DNA of 64,000 nt from Fistulifera solaris (GCA_030295235.1 AP026123.1:868001-932000), one strand, 5' to 3'; shown: positions 12,561 through 26,392, numbered from the stretch's first letter. Notes: generated by a model from the sequence alone, not told the origin. A program made the numbers and translations.

Positions 12561-13019
12561 GTCACTGTTTCTCGTTGCTATTCAAAGGCCATCTTCCTTT
12601 GATGGTCGTTATACTCCGTCATAAATTGAAGAAAAAAAAAAGGCTCAAACATTCATCCAGAAATCGCATAAACGCCCAACGACCACCAGCGATCACACAA
12701 TTTCTCGATCCACTCATTTTATTATGAGCGGACACGCTTATGAATCCTTATTGGGATCCGTTGGCATGAGTATTTAGAGCAAACACGTAGCATGAAATCA
12801 GAAGCGGCTGGCGCCCTACTATAATGGATCGGTGACGTCACTATGACCTCACTCGTTTCCTCTTCACCAACTTCGTCGTACGTAAGCCAGACTTTCGGCT
12901 CTCAACCTATCAATGTGACGATGAATGAATAAACGCCGTTCTTTTTTCGCCTTCCACGACAGCTTTCATTTTTGTGACAAAGTGCAACAAAAGTTGCTTA
13001 CTCCGGAGTAATTGTCAAC

Positions 13020-15402
13020 ATGACGACGCTGCTGACCTACGCAAGATCTTTTCAGTCTAAACTGCCCAGACTTACCAGGCCGACCTGTACATTTAGCCAT
13101 GCCACACGTTTCTTTAGCAACAATGAAGGTTCCGGCATCCGAAACATCGGTATTTCGGCACACATCGATAGTGGGAAGACGACGTTGACCGAAAGGATTC
13201 TGTTTTACACGGGCAAGATCAGTGCGATCCACGATGTTCGAGGAAAAGACGGAGTAGGAGCGAAAATGGACTCGATGGATCTTGAACGTGAAAAAGGAAT
13301 CACTATCCAGTCGGCGGCAACATTTTGTAAATGGAAGGATGCACATATCAACATCATTGGTAAGTCTTCGTGTACCTATATTTACTCAGCTAATAAGAAT
13401 TTTCCTCACGCGCAACAATGTTGTCGGTGTGCTGCAACAGATACACCTGGGCACGTTGACTTTACTGTGGAGGTAGAACGAGCCTTGCGAGTGTTAGATG
13501 GTGGTATTTTGGTCTTATGCGGAGTTTCGGGGGTCCAGTCGCAGTCTCTGACTGTCGATCGTCAAATGAAACGTTACAATGTTCCCCGTCTTGCCTTCAT
13601 CAATAAGCTTGATCGTCAGGGATCGAATCCCGATAAGGTAATTGGACAGCTTCGAGATCAGCTCAAACTGAACGCCGCCGCCGTGCAGATTCCCGTTGGT
13701 CTTGAAAATAGCCACGAAGGCGTCGTTGATCTGATAGAGCAAAAACAATACACGTTTAAGGGTGATCGCGGTGAAATTGTTGAGGAAGGCCCGATTGCGG
13801 AGGACTTGCTCGATCTTGTCGAGCAGAAACGAATGGAATTGTTGGAACGTTTGGCCGATGCTGATGATGAAATTGCGGAAGCTTTTCTTATGGAAGAGGT
13901 ACCAGATGTTGAGACGTTGAAGGCGGGTATCCGAAGGGCCGTTATCGCTTGCAAGGTATGGGATCAACCTGTATTTGTCACGACGAAAACTAAGGCTGTC
14001 ATGTTTTGTACACATCCTTTTTTGTACGCGTTCTCACCTTCTTGATTCTAGTTTGTACCTGTATTTATGGGATCTGCGTTTAAAAACAAAGGGGTACAAC
14101 CGCTGTTAGACGGAGTCATCGATTATCTTCCAAAGCCACAGGAAAAGGCAAACTACGCTTTAGATCGCACCAAGAATGAGGAGCCCGTGCTCGTTTCAGG
14201 GAGAGACGACGACCCTCTATTAGCTCTCGCTTTTAAACTGGATGAGACTCAATTTGGCCAACTTACATATATGCGAGTTTATCAAGGTCGTCTAAAGAAA
14301 GGAAGTTACATTACCAACGTTGATACTGGGAAGAAGACAAAGCTTGCTCGAATTGTGCGTATGCATTCCGATGAAATGGAAGACATTACCGAAGCTGGAG
14401 CTGGAGAAGTTGCGGCTATGTTCGGAATTGACTGTAAATCGATGGATACGTTTTCGGATGGAAGCTTGGACTTGGCTATGAGTACAATGTTCATCCCGGA
14501 ACCTGTCATGTCACTTTCGGTCAAACCGGCAAAATCGACGATGCAGAACAATTTTGCCAAGGCCCTGAATAAGTTCACAAAGGAAGATCCGACTCTTCGT
14601 GTCAAAGTTGACAATGATACAAAAGAAACAATTTTAAGTGGAATGGGCGAGCTTCATTTGGAAATTTACATCGAACGTATGAATCGTGAATATGGTGTTG
14701 AATGCATCACGGGACAACCCAATGTGAATTACAAGGAAACCATCGGTTCTCTTCAAAATTCGAATGGCTCCACAAGAAGCAAACTGGTGGTGCTGGTCAA
14801 TATGCGAAGGTTATTGGATACATTGAGCCAATCAATGACGAGGAAAAGAAAGAGCTTGGTAAAGTCAACTCTTTCGAGAACGAATGCGTTGGAACAAACA
14901 TTCCGCCTGAATATTATTCATCTTGTGAAAGGGAACGTTTGATGCTATGAAGGAAGGCGCCCTTGTAGGTTGCGAGGTCGAAGGAGTACGAGTGGTGCTC
15001 CAAGATGGCGCTGCGCATGCGGTCGATTCTTCGGACATGGCGTTTCGGACATGCATGGCAAATGCCGTGCGTGACGCCATGCGAAAGGCCAACCCGTCTA
15101 TTCTTGAGCCTGTAATGGCAGTCGAAGTAAATGTTCCAAGCGAGTTCCAGGGAGCCGTGGTCGCAGCTCTCAATCGAAGAATGGGGTTGATTATGAGTAG
15201 CGATATGAATGAAGACGGAAGCGGCATCAAAGTCCTAGCCGACGTTCCTCTATCCAACATGTTTGGCTATTCGACAGAGTTACGAAGTCAAACACAAGGT
15301 AAAGGAGAGTTCACGATGGAGTACAAGAAGCATGTTCAGGTGAATAGAAATATTCAAGAAGAACTCATGAAGAAATATAGAGAAGAAAAAAGAAGCAGAT
15401 AA
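13020..15402 (+). CDS. GFM1: Mitochondrial elongation factor G
   Basis: Motifs [48 protein letters not shown] and [22 protein letters not shown], with a mitochondrial-type N-terminus. Introns at 13360-13440 and 13956-14051. Two frameshifts (~14745, ~14930). Confidence 0.95.
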
Positions 15403-15583
15403 TGCCGCTTAAGACTGAGTGATCACGTCAATTTGACACCAACAGGAATCTTTGTAGCTATTAAACAGTCGTAATGATAATCATGAGCTTAGTGATTTGG
15501 ATTCGTACGTTTTTCTCAATCCTTTGTGCGGCCCCTTATCGTTTACAAACGATAAAAGACAACATTCTAGTTCCTTCTTCTTT

Positions 15584-16170
15584 CTACTTTGACGACTCCT
15601 CCACTGTGCTTTTCGGCGGAGGGAACGGACCCGTTGGTAAAATGACTGCCAAGTATCCCGAGAAAAGGGGATCCTGAGTTAATCTGGCGCAGTCGTTGAC
15701 CAAGGCTGAGTTAATCTCAACCACCGTCCCCCAAACAGCACACGGTACCTCAATAATCGATTGATCTGAAATTCTTATGGTACAGAGAATATCATCCGGT
15801 CGAACGATGCCTGATGCAGAGGTTTCTTTTCCTCGTAATAGTTTCGATTGCTGTTTCCGTTTGTTCCCGGCCGACGACGGAGGTGCTTCCTGGTGATGCA
15901 ACTGAACGCTTTCAATGATTTTGTCCGAAATCAAGTCACCAACGGTAACAACACACAGGTTGTTCGCATGCCGATGTATTCGCATACTTGAGGAGGTTTG
16001 GAACAAATTGTCGTTTGTTGACCGAACGATATAAGAAGATTCAAAATAGCGATGCGGCGAACCAGGACAGGCATTTGATGGCACCGACGTATAGCTGAAG
16101 CGTTCGTAGGCCTTTCTATAAGCATCATCCTTCTTGTCTTCGCGTTCAACGCGGGTCCTCTTTTCGTCAT
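15584..16170 (-). CDS. Abitram/FAM206A-like protein (single hybrid/GCV-H-like motif)
   Basis: Motifs RIHRHANNLCVVT and VPCAVWGTVVEINSAL...LTQDPLFSGYLAVILP. The N-terminus is in ORF 15931-16170, joined by a frameshift near 16085. Confidence 0.7.
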
Positions 16171-16500
16171 AGTGTCTCTATACCGACGTCTTAATCAAGT
16201 GACAATAGATTGGACATGAGGATCAACAGTGGTAGGTACCAAGCAATAAAAAGCAAACTTGATAATTACTGTACACGCAAACGGCGGGGAGCAAATAATG
16301 ATGATGATGATGATTCTTCATAATTCATACTAAGGTTACGTGTAATTCATAATTCATAAGTCACGAGTGGAATGCAGTCGTGGCAAAAGTAATTTTCACT
16401 TTGGCCTATACTCCGTAGTAAATATTTGGAAGACAAAGTTTTACCGTCGTGATGATGATCCGATGCAAAAGACAATCACTTTTTGGCAATCAAAGCTTTC

Positions 16501-16616
16501 GTAATTGTAATTATAATCGCAGTTGAATGACAATGGACGGATGCGAGAGACGCAAAACGGAACCCTTTGTTGTTCCGTTCATGACTCATGACTACTGTAC
16601 AATCCAGTCTTGGCTA
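16501..16616 (+). repeat. Solitary partial copy of the ~245-bp satellite unit
   Basis: TCGCAGTTGAATGACAATGGACGGATGCGAGAGACGCAAAACGGAACCCTTTGTTGTT...TACAATCCAGTCTTGGCT matches units of the 44.9-46.0 kb array. Confidence 0.9.
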
Positions 16617-17533
16617 AAGGATTCACGAAAAAATGGATAAAATGTACTATGACCTCTTTAATCTTTTACAAAAATAATAAGATACAACGCTTCAAATGTC
16701 TTCTTTATTTCACGTAGCTCTTGTAGGGAATTTTCGACTGATGATATCCCAGATATTGTGTAATCTCGATCAATAAAATATCCAAATGGTCCACCAGCAT
16801 GGTTTCACTGCCAAACTTTTCGGATTCCAAAGGCAATTCGACATCACGAAGCAATAACTGCATTGTTAATGAAGCGGGTGACTCATCGATGTAATCAAAA
16901 CAATTCAAGCTCAACTTACTTGCAGTAAGAACCATGGTTAGGTAGTCTAGCAGTCTGGCTCGGGCATTATTTAGTTCATGATTGAAATGCAGTCGTGGTG
17001 AAAAACGTAGAAAACCCTGAACTCTTGTGAAACTCTGCGCTGTGAACGCGTGCTGAGCACGGTTTTTTTTCTTGCCACATTTTCTCCGCATCCAGATCCA
17101 GATCCAGGTTTGAAATTTCCTCTTGTTTGAAGTCGGAACGTCACGGCCACAGAAATCTTGTTTCGATATCGCATTCTTCACATTTCGATTGACATCGAAG
17201 ATACAAGCCACACCATGTCACAGAATTTGACGGATAGTCCCACCATTTTGAGAGAATCGTCCGGTTATCGCTGGCCTCCCATTCACGCCATCCGTTCTTT
17301 ATTGACCTTACCTCACGACGAGTCGGTCTCCGAAGGCGATGTGCAGAAAGCAACCTCGCCAATGAGTTCTCCGTCTCGCTCGCGTCAGACGTCTCGCCCA
17401 GCTAGTAAGGGCGACGAACCAATCTTTCAAACACCTCAAACAGAAATCGTTTAAATGGGGTCGACGAACTCATTCCGCTATCTTTTTAAAAAAATACCTG
17501 CTTGAACATAGTAGCTACATCTTCATTTTCTCT

Positions 17534-18246
17534 TTAAAAGAAATCATCTTCGTATTCCTCTGCGGCAGTAGCGTCAGCCGTCGCTTTGATATCCCCCGTG
17601 TTAACCATGTTCTCGGCTACCATGAGGCGGTCGTACGATCGTTCTTGTTTCTCTCGCTCCCGCTCTAGCTTTACCATTTGCTTCTCTTTCGCCAAACGTT
17701 TGAATTCTTCTTTCTTTTGCCGTGCTACTGCATTGATTCGATCCTGTTGCATTTGATACAAATCGGGAAACCGCTCTTCGCGGGTCTTTTCAAGTGCTCG
17801 GACGATCGGGTTGTTCTTTTCCACGGATATCCGCCGGACGTTCTCAGGTCGATGAAAACTAACTTGGCCGTCTACCATATCATTCGTCTTTTTCAGGTTT
17901 TTCCAACGTGTATATACGACATAAACCGATGATTTCTGGTCTCAACAATGGTGTGAATGTTGAAACTAGTCGCACTTGACAATACAGTAATAATGCTACA
18001 TACCTTACAACCTTGAATACTATTGTCTTTGACCAGTGATGAACAGTCCAGCAACACATCATCTGGTATATCTTCTAATGTCATTCCCGGCTTCATTCGC
18101 AAGTAAACATGCGCCGAAGAAAGATCATCGACATGAAACCACACGTCTAAATCCAATCCGTAGCGAATCAAATCCTCGTTTTCGTACTTGTCTCTGCCCA
18201 TGTATATTGTGTACTGGCCGCAGCGGCTTTTAAAATAGAACACCAT
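17534..18246 (-). CDS. CCDC25: CCDC25 / NFACT-R (DUF814) family protein
   Basis: Motifs [22 protein letters not shown]...[36 protein letters not shown] and terminal EEYEDDFF. One intron and one frameshift. Confidence 0.9.
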
Positions 18247-18725
18247 GTTTGTGTGCAACGGAAGGAGATATTGAGAAGGAAATGTAGCGTTTGAATCGAT
18301 TGTGTGCAAAGGAAAGCCGCCAACACAATAAGTGGAGGGCGAAATAAGAAAAATAAAAAGGTGCGCGTCTGTTGCTCCATCCGGACGCGTGAATACCGGA
18401 TGTTGTCCGTTGATGTTTTCCCGCGACCTTCCCGCGCGCCAGCCACTGCATGAATTGTACACCTTGTTCTACACTGCCTATTTTGGAGGGAACTTTGGTT
18501 CAAAATTGCGCCGAGCCGGCGGTCCTTGCTTTTGATGCGCACTCTTGGAACACAAACAAAGGTACCGTATAAAGCGGCAACAGCATAAATAAATATCATC
18601 ATTGCAAGCTATCCCGCACGCAGATTCATTGCGGAGTATTGTAAACAAGTGACATCGCACAGCAAGAAATTCTTCGTGTGTTTGAGAGGCGTGATCCGTT
18701 TGTGTATTCCCCTGACCTTGTACCC

Positions 18726-20388
18726 ATGAGAGTCGAAACGCCGCAGCTCCTCTGGCACAGCGAAACCGACAAGAACGTCAATACTGCCATCAATGGGGTA
18801 TCATTGCTACAAAGCGGTCTTCTAGATCCTACGAAAGAACTGTACGGAAATGTTCTCGCAACGGGCGGTAATTCGAACATATTGCATTTGTGGAAGATCG
18901 CGTTTGCACCCGCCGCGTCGGGCAGCACTATTTTTCAGAAACACAGCGACAATCAGAACAAGATCGAACACCTTTGCAGCTTGACCCGTCCCGACTGCGC
19001 CGTGCATGCTGTATCCTTCAGTCCCGACGGTCTTCACTTAGCAGCGGGTCTTTCCTCGGGGACCATCTTGATCTGGTCGGTCCCTCACAACAAGCGCGGC
19101 AACGGAAACGGCAGACACTTTTGGTGCGGCGTGACGCGCGAACAAGATCTCATGGTGCGTGTCGTTCAAGTAGCGACCGACAATATTACAGATTTGTGCT
19201 GGAGCGCGGATTCGCAACGTCTGGTTGTGGGGTCGGTGGACGGAGCGATGGCTGTGTGTGAACTGCAGGAAGACACCTGGAGAGTGGTTTACAAAAATGC
19301 CAATGATCACTCGCATTACATTCAAGGTGTTTGCTATGACCCGACGGGCGTGTACATTGCTTCCATGTCGAGTGACAGGTCAGTGCGGGTCTTCTCAAGG
19401 AAGACACCCAAGAAGAAAAAGAAGAAAGTTCCTGAAATCAATACCGGCAAACTAGAAATGAATTACCGTTCGAAAGAGATACGTCGAAGCCGAAATAGCA
19501 ATGGTGGCAACAAGAATTTCTTTTGTGATGAAGCTACGTTGAATTCTTTTGTTCGCCGTTTGGCGTGGACTCCGGACGGGGCGTTTCTTATTACCCCGGC
19601 TGCTTTGCACGGGTCTTCGGGATACGCAACTCTCATGTTTGCGCGTCATCAGTACGACGAACCTTATCGTATCCTCGGTGGACTGGAGAAGGTTAGTTGA
19701 TTCACCGAAGTGATTATGTAGCCCAGGCAGCGTTTCTTACATTCTTTTCTTGTCGCAGCCGTCCCTTGTAGTACGACCCAACCCGAAACTGTTTGAGCTC
19801 CCCGAACCCAGTGCCATAGAAACGAATGAAAATGAATCCAAAGAAAATCAATCTCCTGTGCCATCCAATACCTCTTCCCTGCCATATCGGTCAATCTTTG
19901 CTGTTCTAACGTGGGATTCGGTTCTAATTTACGATACTCACCATCGTCAGCCACTTTCCGTCATTCGAGGCCTACACTATGCGCACCTGATGGACGCCAC
20001 TTGGTCCGCGGACGGTCATACGCTCATAGTATGCAGCAACGATGGCTATTTGTCGATTATCAATTTTGCGGAGGGCGAACTCGGGAAAGTTTTCGAACGG
20101 CCCGTGGAAAGCACTCCACCGGTCGCCGCGCCAGTTGCCGCTGCTTTGCTCCCTCCGTGCGAACCAGGTCCTGTTGCTGTTCTACAAACTCGCCCAGCAA
20201 AGAAAGCCAAATTCGCGGTTCCCGAGGTTGACGAGGAATTGGTGGAACCTGTGGATCCATCGAGTGTCGTTCCGAAACGTTCGGCCGACGAAGCCATGGC
20301 CGGTGTTGACAAGCTGACCTTGACCGACGAGGAGGCCAATAAGAAAAAGAAGAAGCGCATTCAGCCGATTTTGCTACAAGCTTCGTGA
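18726..20388 (+). CDS. CHAF1B: Chromatin assembly factor 1 subunit B (p60/Cac2/FAS2), WD40
   Basis: Motifs MRVETPQLLWH, HSHYIQGVCYDP, SFVRRLAWTPDGAFLITPA, LPYRSIFAVLTWDSVLIYDT and LHYAHLMDATWS, plus a C-terminal B-domain-like KKRIQP. Intron at 19692-19758. Confidence 0.9.
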
Positions 20389-20485
20389 GAGAAAATCGTC
20401 AAGGATGCGATACAGCGTCGTAATCGTTTCTCATGAAAGAGCGCAGCAGATATCGGGAATGAGTATAAAGATCTATTCCTTAATG

Positions 20486-21292
20486 TTACATTTCATATAA
20501 TTTGTGCACAGCTATTCGAAAATCTTCGACCGCTTTCTCTAGATTATCGTTGTAAACGATGGCATCGAAGTTACCCGCTTCGAGTCCGTATTCGATTTCA
20601 TCTCGAGCATTTCTAATTCTGCGTTGCAAACTTTCTTCGTTCTCGGTTGCTCGACCGCGAAGACGAGACTCGAGTACTTCAGGGGAAGGAGGCGCAATAA
20701 AGATGTAACGCGGTTTCCATGACTCTCGCGGCGGAATCGTTTTTAATCGCTGTACTCCTTGCACATCAATGTCAAGTAAACACTTCTTGCCCGCTTTCTG
20801 CACATCATACAGTGCCTGCCAGCTGGTTCCATAGATATTGCCGTGGACCTCTGCCGACTCTAAAAAATAGTCTTGTCCCAAAAGAGATTCCATAAGTGGT
20901 TTGGAAGTGAAATGATAATGTATGCCGTTGATTTCTCCGGGTCGAGGGTCCCTTGTTGTGTGACTCACGCTGAAACCAAACGCGTTTGTTTCGGAAAGAA
21001 ATCTCCCAATAATGGTACCCTTTCCTACACCCGAAGGACCACAAACAACCAAAGGATCAAGTGTTGTAGTTGACGCCGATGCTTGATCGAGATTGACGCC
21101 ATCGTGAAGTGTAGCAATCGACAGTGAAGGCTGAAATATCTGCGCAAATGACTTGCGAACCAGTGTGAGCGGAGAAAATGCTCGAGTCATATCAAAATTG
21201 GATGACTGCAATATCACTAAGGCCAACAGCAACTTCAAGGACATTGTGCTACGTCTCAGGCAACTGTTAGCATTCATATTATTTACTGTCAT
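20486..21292 (-). CDS. Guanylate kinase, probably plastid-targeted
   Basis: P-loop GPSGVGKGT, SVSHTTRDPRPGE.NG.HYHF and LDIDVQG. A hydrophobic signal followed by RAF-SP resembles a diatom bipartite presequence. Exact start uncertain. Confidence 0.92.
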   Translation of the reverse strand: MTVNNMNANSCLRRSTMSLKLLLALVILQSSNFDMTRAFSPLTLVRKSFAQIFQPSLSIATLHDGVNLDQASASTTTLDPLVVCGPSGVGKGTIIGRFLSETNAFGFSVSHTTRDPRPGEINGIHYHFTSKPLMESLLGQDYFLESAEVHGNIYGTSWQALYDVQKAGKKCLLDIDVQGVQRLKTIPPRESWKPRYIFIAPPSPEVLESRLRGRATENEESLQRRIRNARDEIEYGLEAGNFDAIVYNDNLEKAVEDFRIAVHKLYEM

Positions 21293-21426
21293 CGCTGTAG
21301 CATCGCTTGTTGCTGATGATGTTTGTCATCGTCGCATATGTCGAAACCTTTTTTCGTGGTTTTCAAAACAACGCAGACTGACGGAAGGCTCATGACTGGA
21401 ATTCAATCGTGACGAAATTTGCTATA

Positions 21427-22761
21427 CCAGGGTGCTTGTCGGAAGTCTCTCCGTAACATACTATACAGTTTACGCTTATATAGTAATTATTTCAACGGAA
21501 ACATTTGTACTCTACTCAATTGTACAACATTTCGGGATAAATTCCGATACACGTTTTATGCTATGAGCTTAAATGCCGTTTGTCTCTAAGTAATTTTTTG
21601 TCATTATAGAGAGAAATTTTCTCTCTATAGAGAGAAATTCTCTCTGTAGAGAGAAATAGGGAGAAAATTTCTCTTAAAGGGAGAACATTTCTCTCTAAGG
21701 GAGAATCGAGAGAAAATCTCTCTCTAAGAGAGAAATTTTCATTATGGAGTAAGACGATTTCTGTTTAGAGTTTTCCTCTGCTGAACGAATTTTATGTAAT
21801 GGACAATGTGGGCGTCGGGCGTCGTTGCGTCGGTGCATTACTTTTCTGCTTGACAAGTATCGAAAGAGGTTTCTTTTGCAAAAGAGAAATTCATATCAAC
21901 TCAAAACCTATTATCTAACGCTTTTGATTAATGGCAAGAATGAGAGACCAAAGGATTAAGAGGGAAATCTCTGAATGAACTGAGATGCGGCCGTGGCGTG
22001 CTGGAAACTCAACAAGCCCGGGAAAACGAAGCAGCCCCAGACCGCGGAAATTTGCCAGACTCTTCAGTCAGCATGGAAAAGACAAACTGTGTCCAATGAG
22101 CCGCGGATCAAATATGTTTTCACAGTAAAAACAAAAGGGAAATTGAAAATGGAACGCACCAAACAGCACGACGCCGAGCCAAAATGGCACTCGGCCTGCA
22201 CACGCCATTCGTCTTTCCAAAGCTAAGCCCCATTGTTCCTGTTGACGAGGTCAATTGATGACTAGCTATCGGGGACAAATTACATTTTAGTAATTAGAAA
22301 TGCTTGTCTCGCTGCACCGTCTTTTGTTTTTGCGTTGGTTGTTTTGTGCGATAACGGTTGTTCGTTGTGTGTTGAGGTCTCTTCATCGTCTACTTTTAAC
22401 CTTAATTACACAAAGAAGTGAACGAAAGCATAGAAAAAATATCTCTCTACAGAAAGAACTTTCTCTCTAAAGAGAGAAATAGGGAGAAATATCTCTTTAA
22501 GGGAGAAAATTTCTCTCTAAGAGAGAAATCGAGAGAAAATCTCTCTAAAGAGAGAAATTTTCTCACTTCAGAGAGAAATTTTCTCTCTGGCAAAAAACAC
22601 ATTACTTGTTTTGCGTTATGAGCGAACATACCGTTTCGGTTGCTTAAGATAATATTTAGTTGGAACCAAGTTTCGTTCATAGATATTTAGGAATTGATAC
22701 GACATCGAAACCGTAGATAATCGGAACCGCTCGGAGTGAGTAATTTCCGTCAAGCTCCCAG
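21427..22761. mobile_element. Putative non-autonomous TIR element (Tc1/mariner-like MITE) with palindromic subterminal repeats
   Basis: TA|CCAGGGTGCTTGTCGGAA at the left end and TTCCGTCAAGCTCCCAG|TA at the right end (14/18 inverted match). Blocks of AGAGAGAAA(T/A)TTTCTCTCT lie at ~21608-21740 and ~22432-22588. No transposase ORF. Confidence 0.6.
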
Positions 22762-22840
22762 TATTATGCCGACTACGTAGTATTTGCAACATTTTTTACA
22801 GTCAAACTAAATTATATATTCTAAAAGTTTTTGATGCTGA

Positions 22841-25800
22841 CTAGGAAACTTCCATCTGCTCAAACATAATATTCCAGTTTGAAAGAGCAGAAACTTGTGG
22901 CTTGCGCAAGACGAGAAGATTGGATTGTTCGGAGAATGAATACTCAACAACCCTCCCTTGAACGGTGACTTTTGCCGGCGAAGCTGATACGCCCATGATG
23001 ACGATGCGCTCGATCATGCGATCTTTTAGCATGTCATCAACTTTATTTTCCCAGCCAGATCCAATTGTCACAGTATTGCTTAAAGTCTTTGCGCCTTCCA
23101 AATCCGCGCTAAATGTTGCAGTAGCAAATTCGGACCGCGTTCGATATCCAAAGCTTTCTTCGTCGTCCATGTGAAGACCTCCTGTTGCCATGCCGTGGCT
23201 ATCTAGAGCGACATAAAGCGTGTAGGGGTCATTCTTCATCAGCATCGAAGAACGACGCAGTCTTAGCTTTCGCGGTAAGATAGATCCACCTCGTTGAAAG
23301 ACAGGGATGGTATCGAGATCTGCTGAGACCTCCTGAACATGGACAGTGCATTCCCCTGAAGTCGCAGATACAACCAGCGCCAATGTTTCGGCGTCATACC
23401 AACTGTCGCAGGAAGGGAAGGAGACTGACGTTTTCGTTACACCTGGCGCCGTGATCGGCTTCACCAGCAAGCTATTTCCCACAAAATACTGATCCTCTAC
23501 GGAATAAAGTTCTTCCAGTTGAGGATACTCCATCCACATCATTCGCAGAATTGGCATGCCGCTATCTTCTGAAAATCGAAACAGAGTATACCAAAAAGGA
23601 AGTAGAGCATAACGTGCCATGGCTGCTTTTCGGAGGCGATGGAGAACTTCATCTCCAAAAACCCAAGGCTCTCTTCTCTTTGAGTCGTGATGAGCATGTC
23701 CACGGAAGAAGGGTGTATACGCACCGGCTTGCATCCATCGAGTAAACAACTCAGGATCTGGGTCTCCGAAAAATCCCCCAACATCGGCCCCTACAAATGT
23801 CAGAGCTGCCACGTTCATACTCAAAAGCATAGGAGCCGCCACTTCTAAGTGTCCCCACTGCGCCGCGTTATCTCCCGTCCAAATAGCACCGTACTTTTGG
23901 CTTCCCGCAAAGAATGATCGACTCAAGACAAAAGGTCGAATATCTTCGTCCGGTTGATTGCGACGAATCAAGCCTTCTGAAGTCGCACGATGAAACAACA
24001 TACCGTATAAGTTGTGCCACTCTCTGTGCTCCTCCCCTTTCAAATTCTTTAGGTCTTTGCTCATCGAAACTTCGGGACCATTGAAAACAGAAGGTTCATT
24101 CATGTCATTCCATGTAAACAAAGTGGGGTTGAACCAACATATCGGTTATAAGCGAATTGGTCAGCCCACCATGATCGGACGTGTTCCGCTGTAAAGTCCA
24201 GATACGAAGAGGAACCTGGCCAGCACCAACCATCAAAATCTTTTTGTCCATCTTTATCTTTGATGTAGAGGCCTTTCGATTCGGCTTCTTTATGAATGTA
24301 GTATTTCTTGTCGCGTTTAATGTGAGGGTCAATGATCGTGACCATCCGTCTACCTTGCGAAGCCAACTTTTCTTGCATCTCTTCAGGGTGCGGGAAAAGG
24401 CCTTTATCCCAAGTAAAATAGCGCTTTCCGTCCGTGTGCTCAATGTCCAGCCACAATACATCGTAAGGATAATCCAGTTCTTCAAACTTTTCATGAACAT
24501 AATAAACATCCTTTTCGTCCTTGTAGTTCCACCTGCATTGATGGTATCCTAATGAAAACATCGGCGGAAGAGGTGTTGTCCCGGTCAGTTTAGCATATTG
24601 CTGGTAGATACTGGATGGATCAGGACCTGGCAGCAAGAAGAGATCAATAACACCACTCTCGCTAATCCAGTGAGCAGTACTGCTGGAGTCTGTAGAAGTA
24701 ATATCCACAAAGGTTTCGGAAGGATTGAACCAGAAAACTCCTACTGAACCTGCCGTCTTACTCTGACTTAACATGAAAGGAATAGCACCGTACAAAGCCA
24801 TCGTCTCATCGAGTTCGTATTCAAAGACATCAAGATTGTACAATCGATAAGGTTCTTTGTAATGCGATCCTTCACCACGAGTAGCTTTCAGAACTGCTGA
24901 TGATGCGTGTTCCGGAATTCCATAAAGATGCTTTGAACCTGGAAAGGAAATATCCATTCCGACACTCATGGGTCCAAAGGGTTTGCTGTCTTTGTGTGAC
25001 GAAAACGTTTCCTCCCACAAACCTTCGGGATCCAGTGTTTGTTCTTCCGTCAATTGCCGATGGTCTTCCTCCTCCACTGCCTCTTCTTTGATTTCCTCGC
25101 GCTCTTCCCGGGTACCATCCGCGTAGATCGCCAGTCCGTCTTCCCAATAACCCACAATTTCCTTTTCTTGCGATTTTTCCTTGGGTTCTTCGTCTTTGGG
25201 CAAGACCTCTTCTTGCGGTTGATTCTCTCCACGCATGCGACGAACCTCAAAGTGCATTAAATCTTTTCCATTGAGCTGAACAATCGGTACGTCGTCTCGA
25301 TACAGGGTGAGTTGAAAGGGTTCGAGTTGCAACAAAAGCACTAGAGTATTCGCCTGCGTTTTATACTGCAGCGCCATGTAATTTTCGACGGAATCATGTT
25401 CCTTCACACGTTGCAAAAAACTCTGTAAAGCCTCATCACTGGATCTCCACCATACCGCTTCACGCGCAACTTTCCATTCGTGCGGTTGGTGCAACACCAG
25501 ATCGTCGTACGTGACCCTCGGTGTCATGAGAGCGGGGGATCCACCGTACACTTCGGTGAATCGCAGGCGCGCCGTACCGTCGACCAGTGTCGTAATGGAA
25601 AATTGTAAGAACTCCGCATCCGCTGCTGTATTTTGCAACGTTCCGGTCAACGTCGGCGGCGGGCCGGCCACATATTCGGACACGGCGGCACCCAGCAATT
25701 TCCGCCGCATCAATGTCCACACACTGTCGGGTTCTTTTTGTAATGCATTGTCGTGTCCCGGAATATGAAAATGAACGGATTCCGGTAATAGTTTGTATTG

Positions 25801-25959
25801 ATATAGCAGTTGACTGTTATTGGGAGTCCCATCCGCGTGTTGACGATTGCGGCGACAAAAGGAAGCTTGCTGACACGTGCGAAATTTGGTGCGATCGACC
25901 GCCATGACAACGACCGTCCAGAGAAGTAGCCCCATCAGAGGCCGATTGCCGTGTATCAT
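22841..25959 (-). CDS. GANAB: ER glucosidase II alpha subunit (GH31)
   Basis: Signal peptide then AVDRTKFRTC, YRLYNLDVFEY, GYHQCRWNY, WLDIEHT, catalytic WNDMNEPSVF, IWTGDN and FFRGHAH. Frameshift at ~24120. Confidence 0.95.
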
Positions 25960-26392
25960 AGTACTGGTAATGAATGGATAGCGACTGTTACTATCTTGCG
26001 AATCGGGTTGATGAGGAAATGAGAATTGCCTTCTCTCGTTTACTGCCTTTTCGTCATGGTCGCCTTTTGGCGGTGAATGCCGTGAAAACGACACAATGTC
26101 CGACAGGTTATTAATGTACACTATCGCTTACACGAAAATAATAGTCCCAAATAAATCGCACGACTGTATCAGTCGTGTCATTGGAGCGTATACTGTATCT
26201 TTTCGCGGCGGCGGTGCGCAGTGACGTCGGGGCAAACCACACAAAGATATCATCGCACGTTTCTCTCGTTGTTGTTTTATTGTCATCGATTGTTATTGTG
26301 TGTACTGATATTGTCAGCAATACATTCTCTAAAAGATAAGATAGACTACTTATCTTTGAGTCTTCCTGCTCACAGTACATTTGATTAGCATC

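Noticed and set aside
16705..17454. ORF fragments next to the solitary satellite copy
   Set aside because: Possibly a frameshifted gene, but no recognisable motif.
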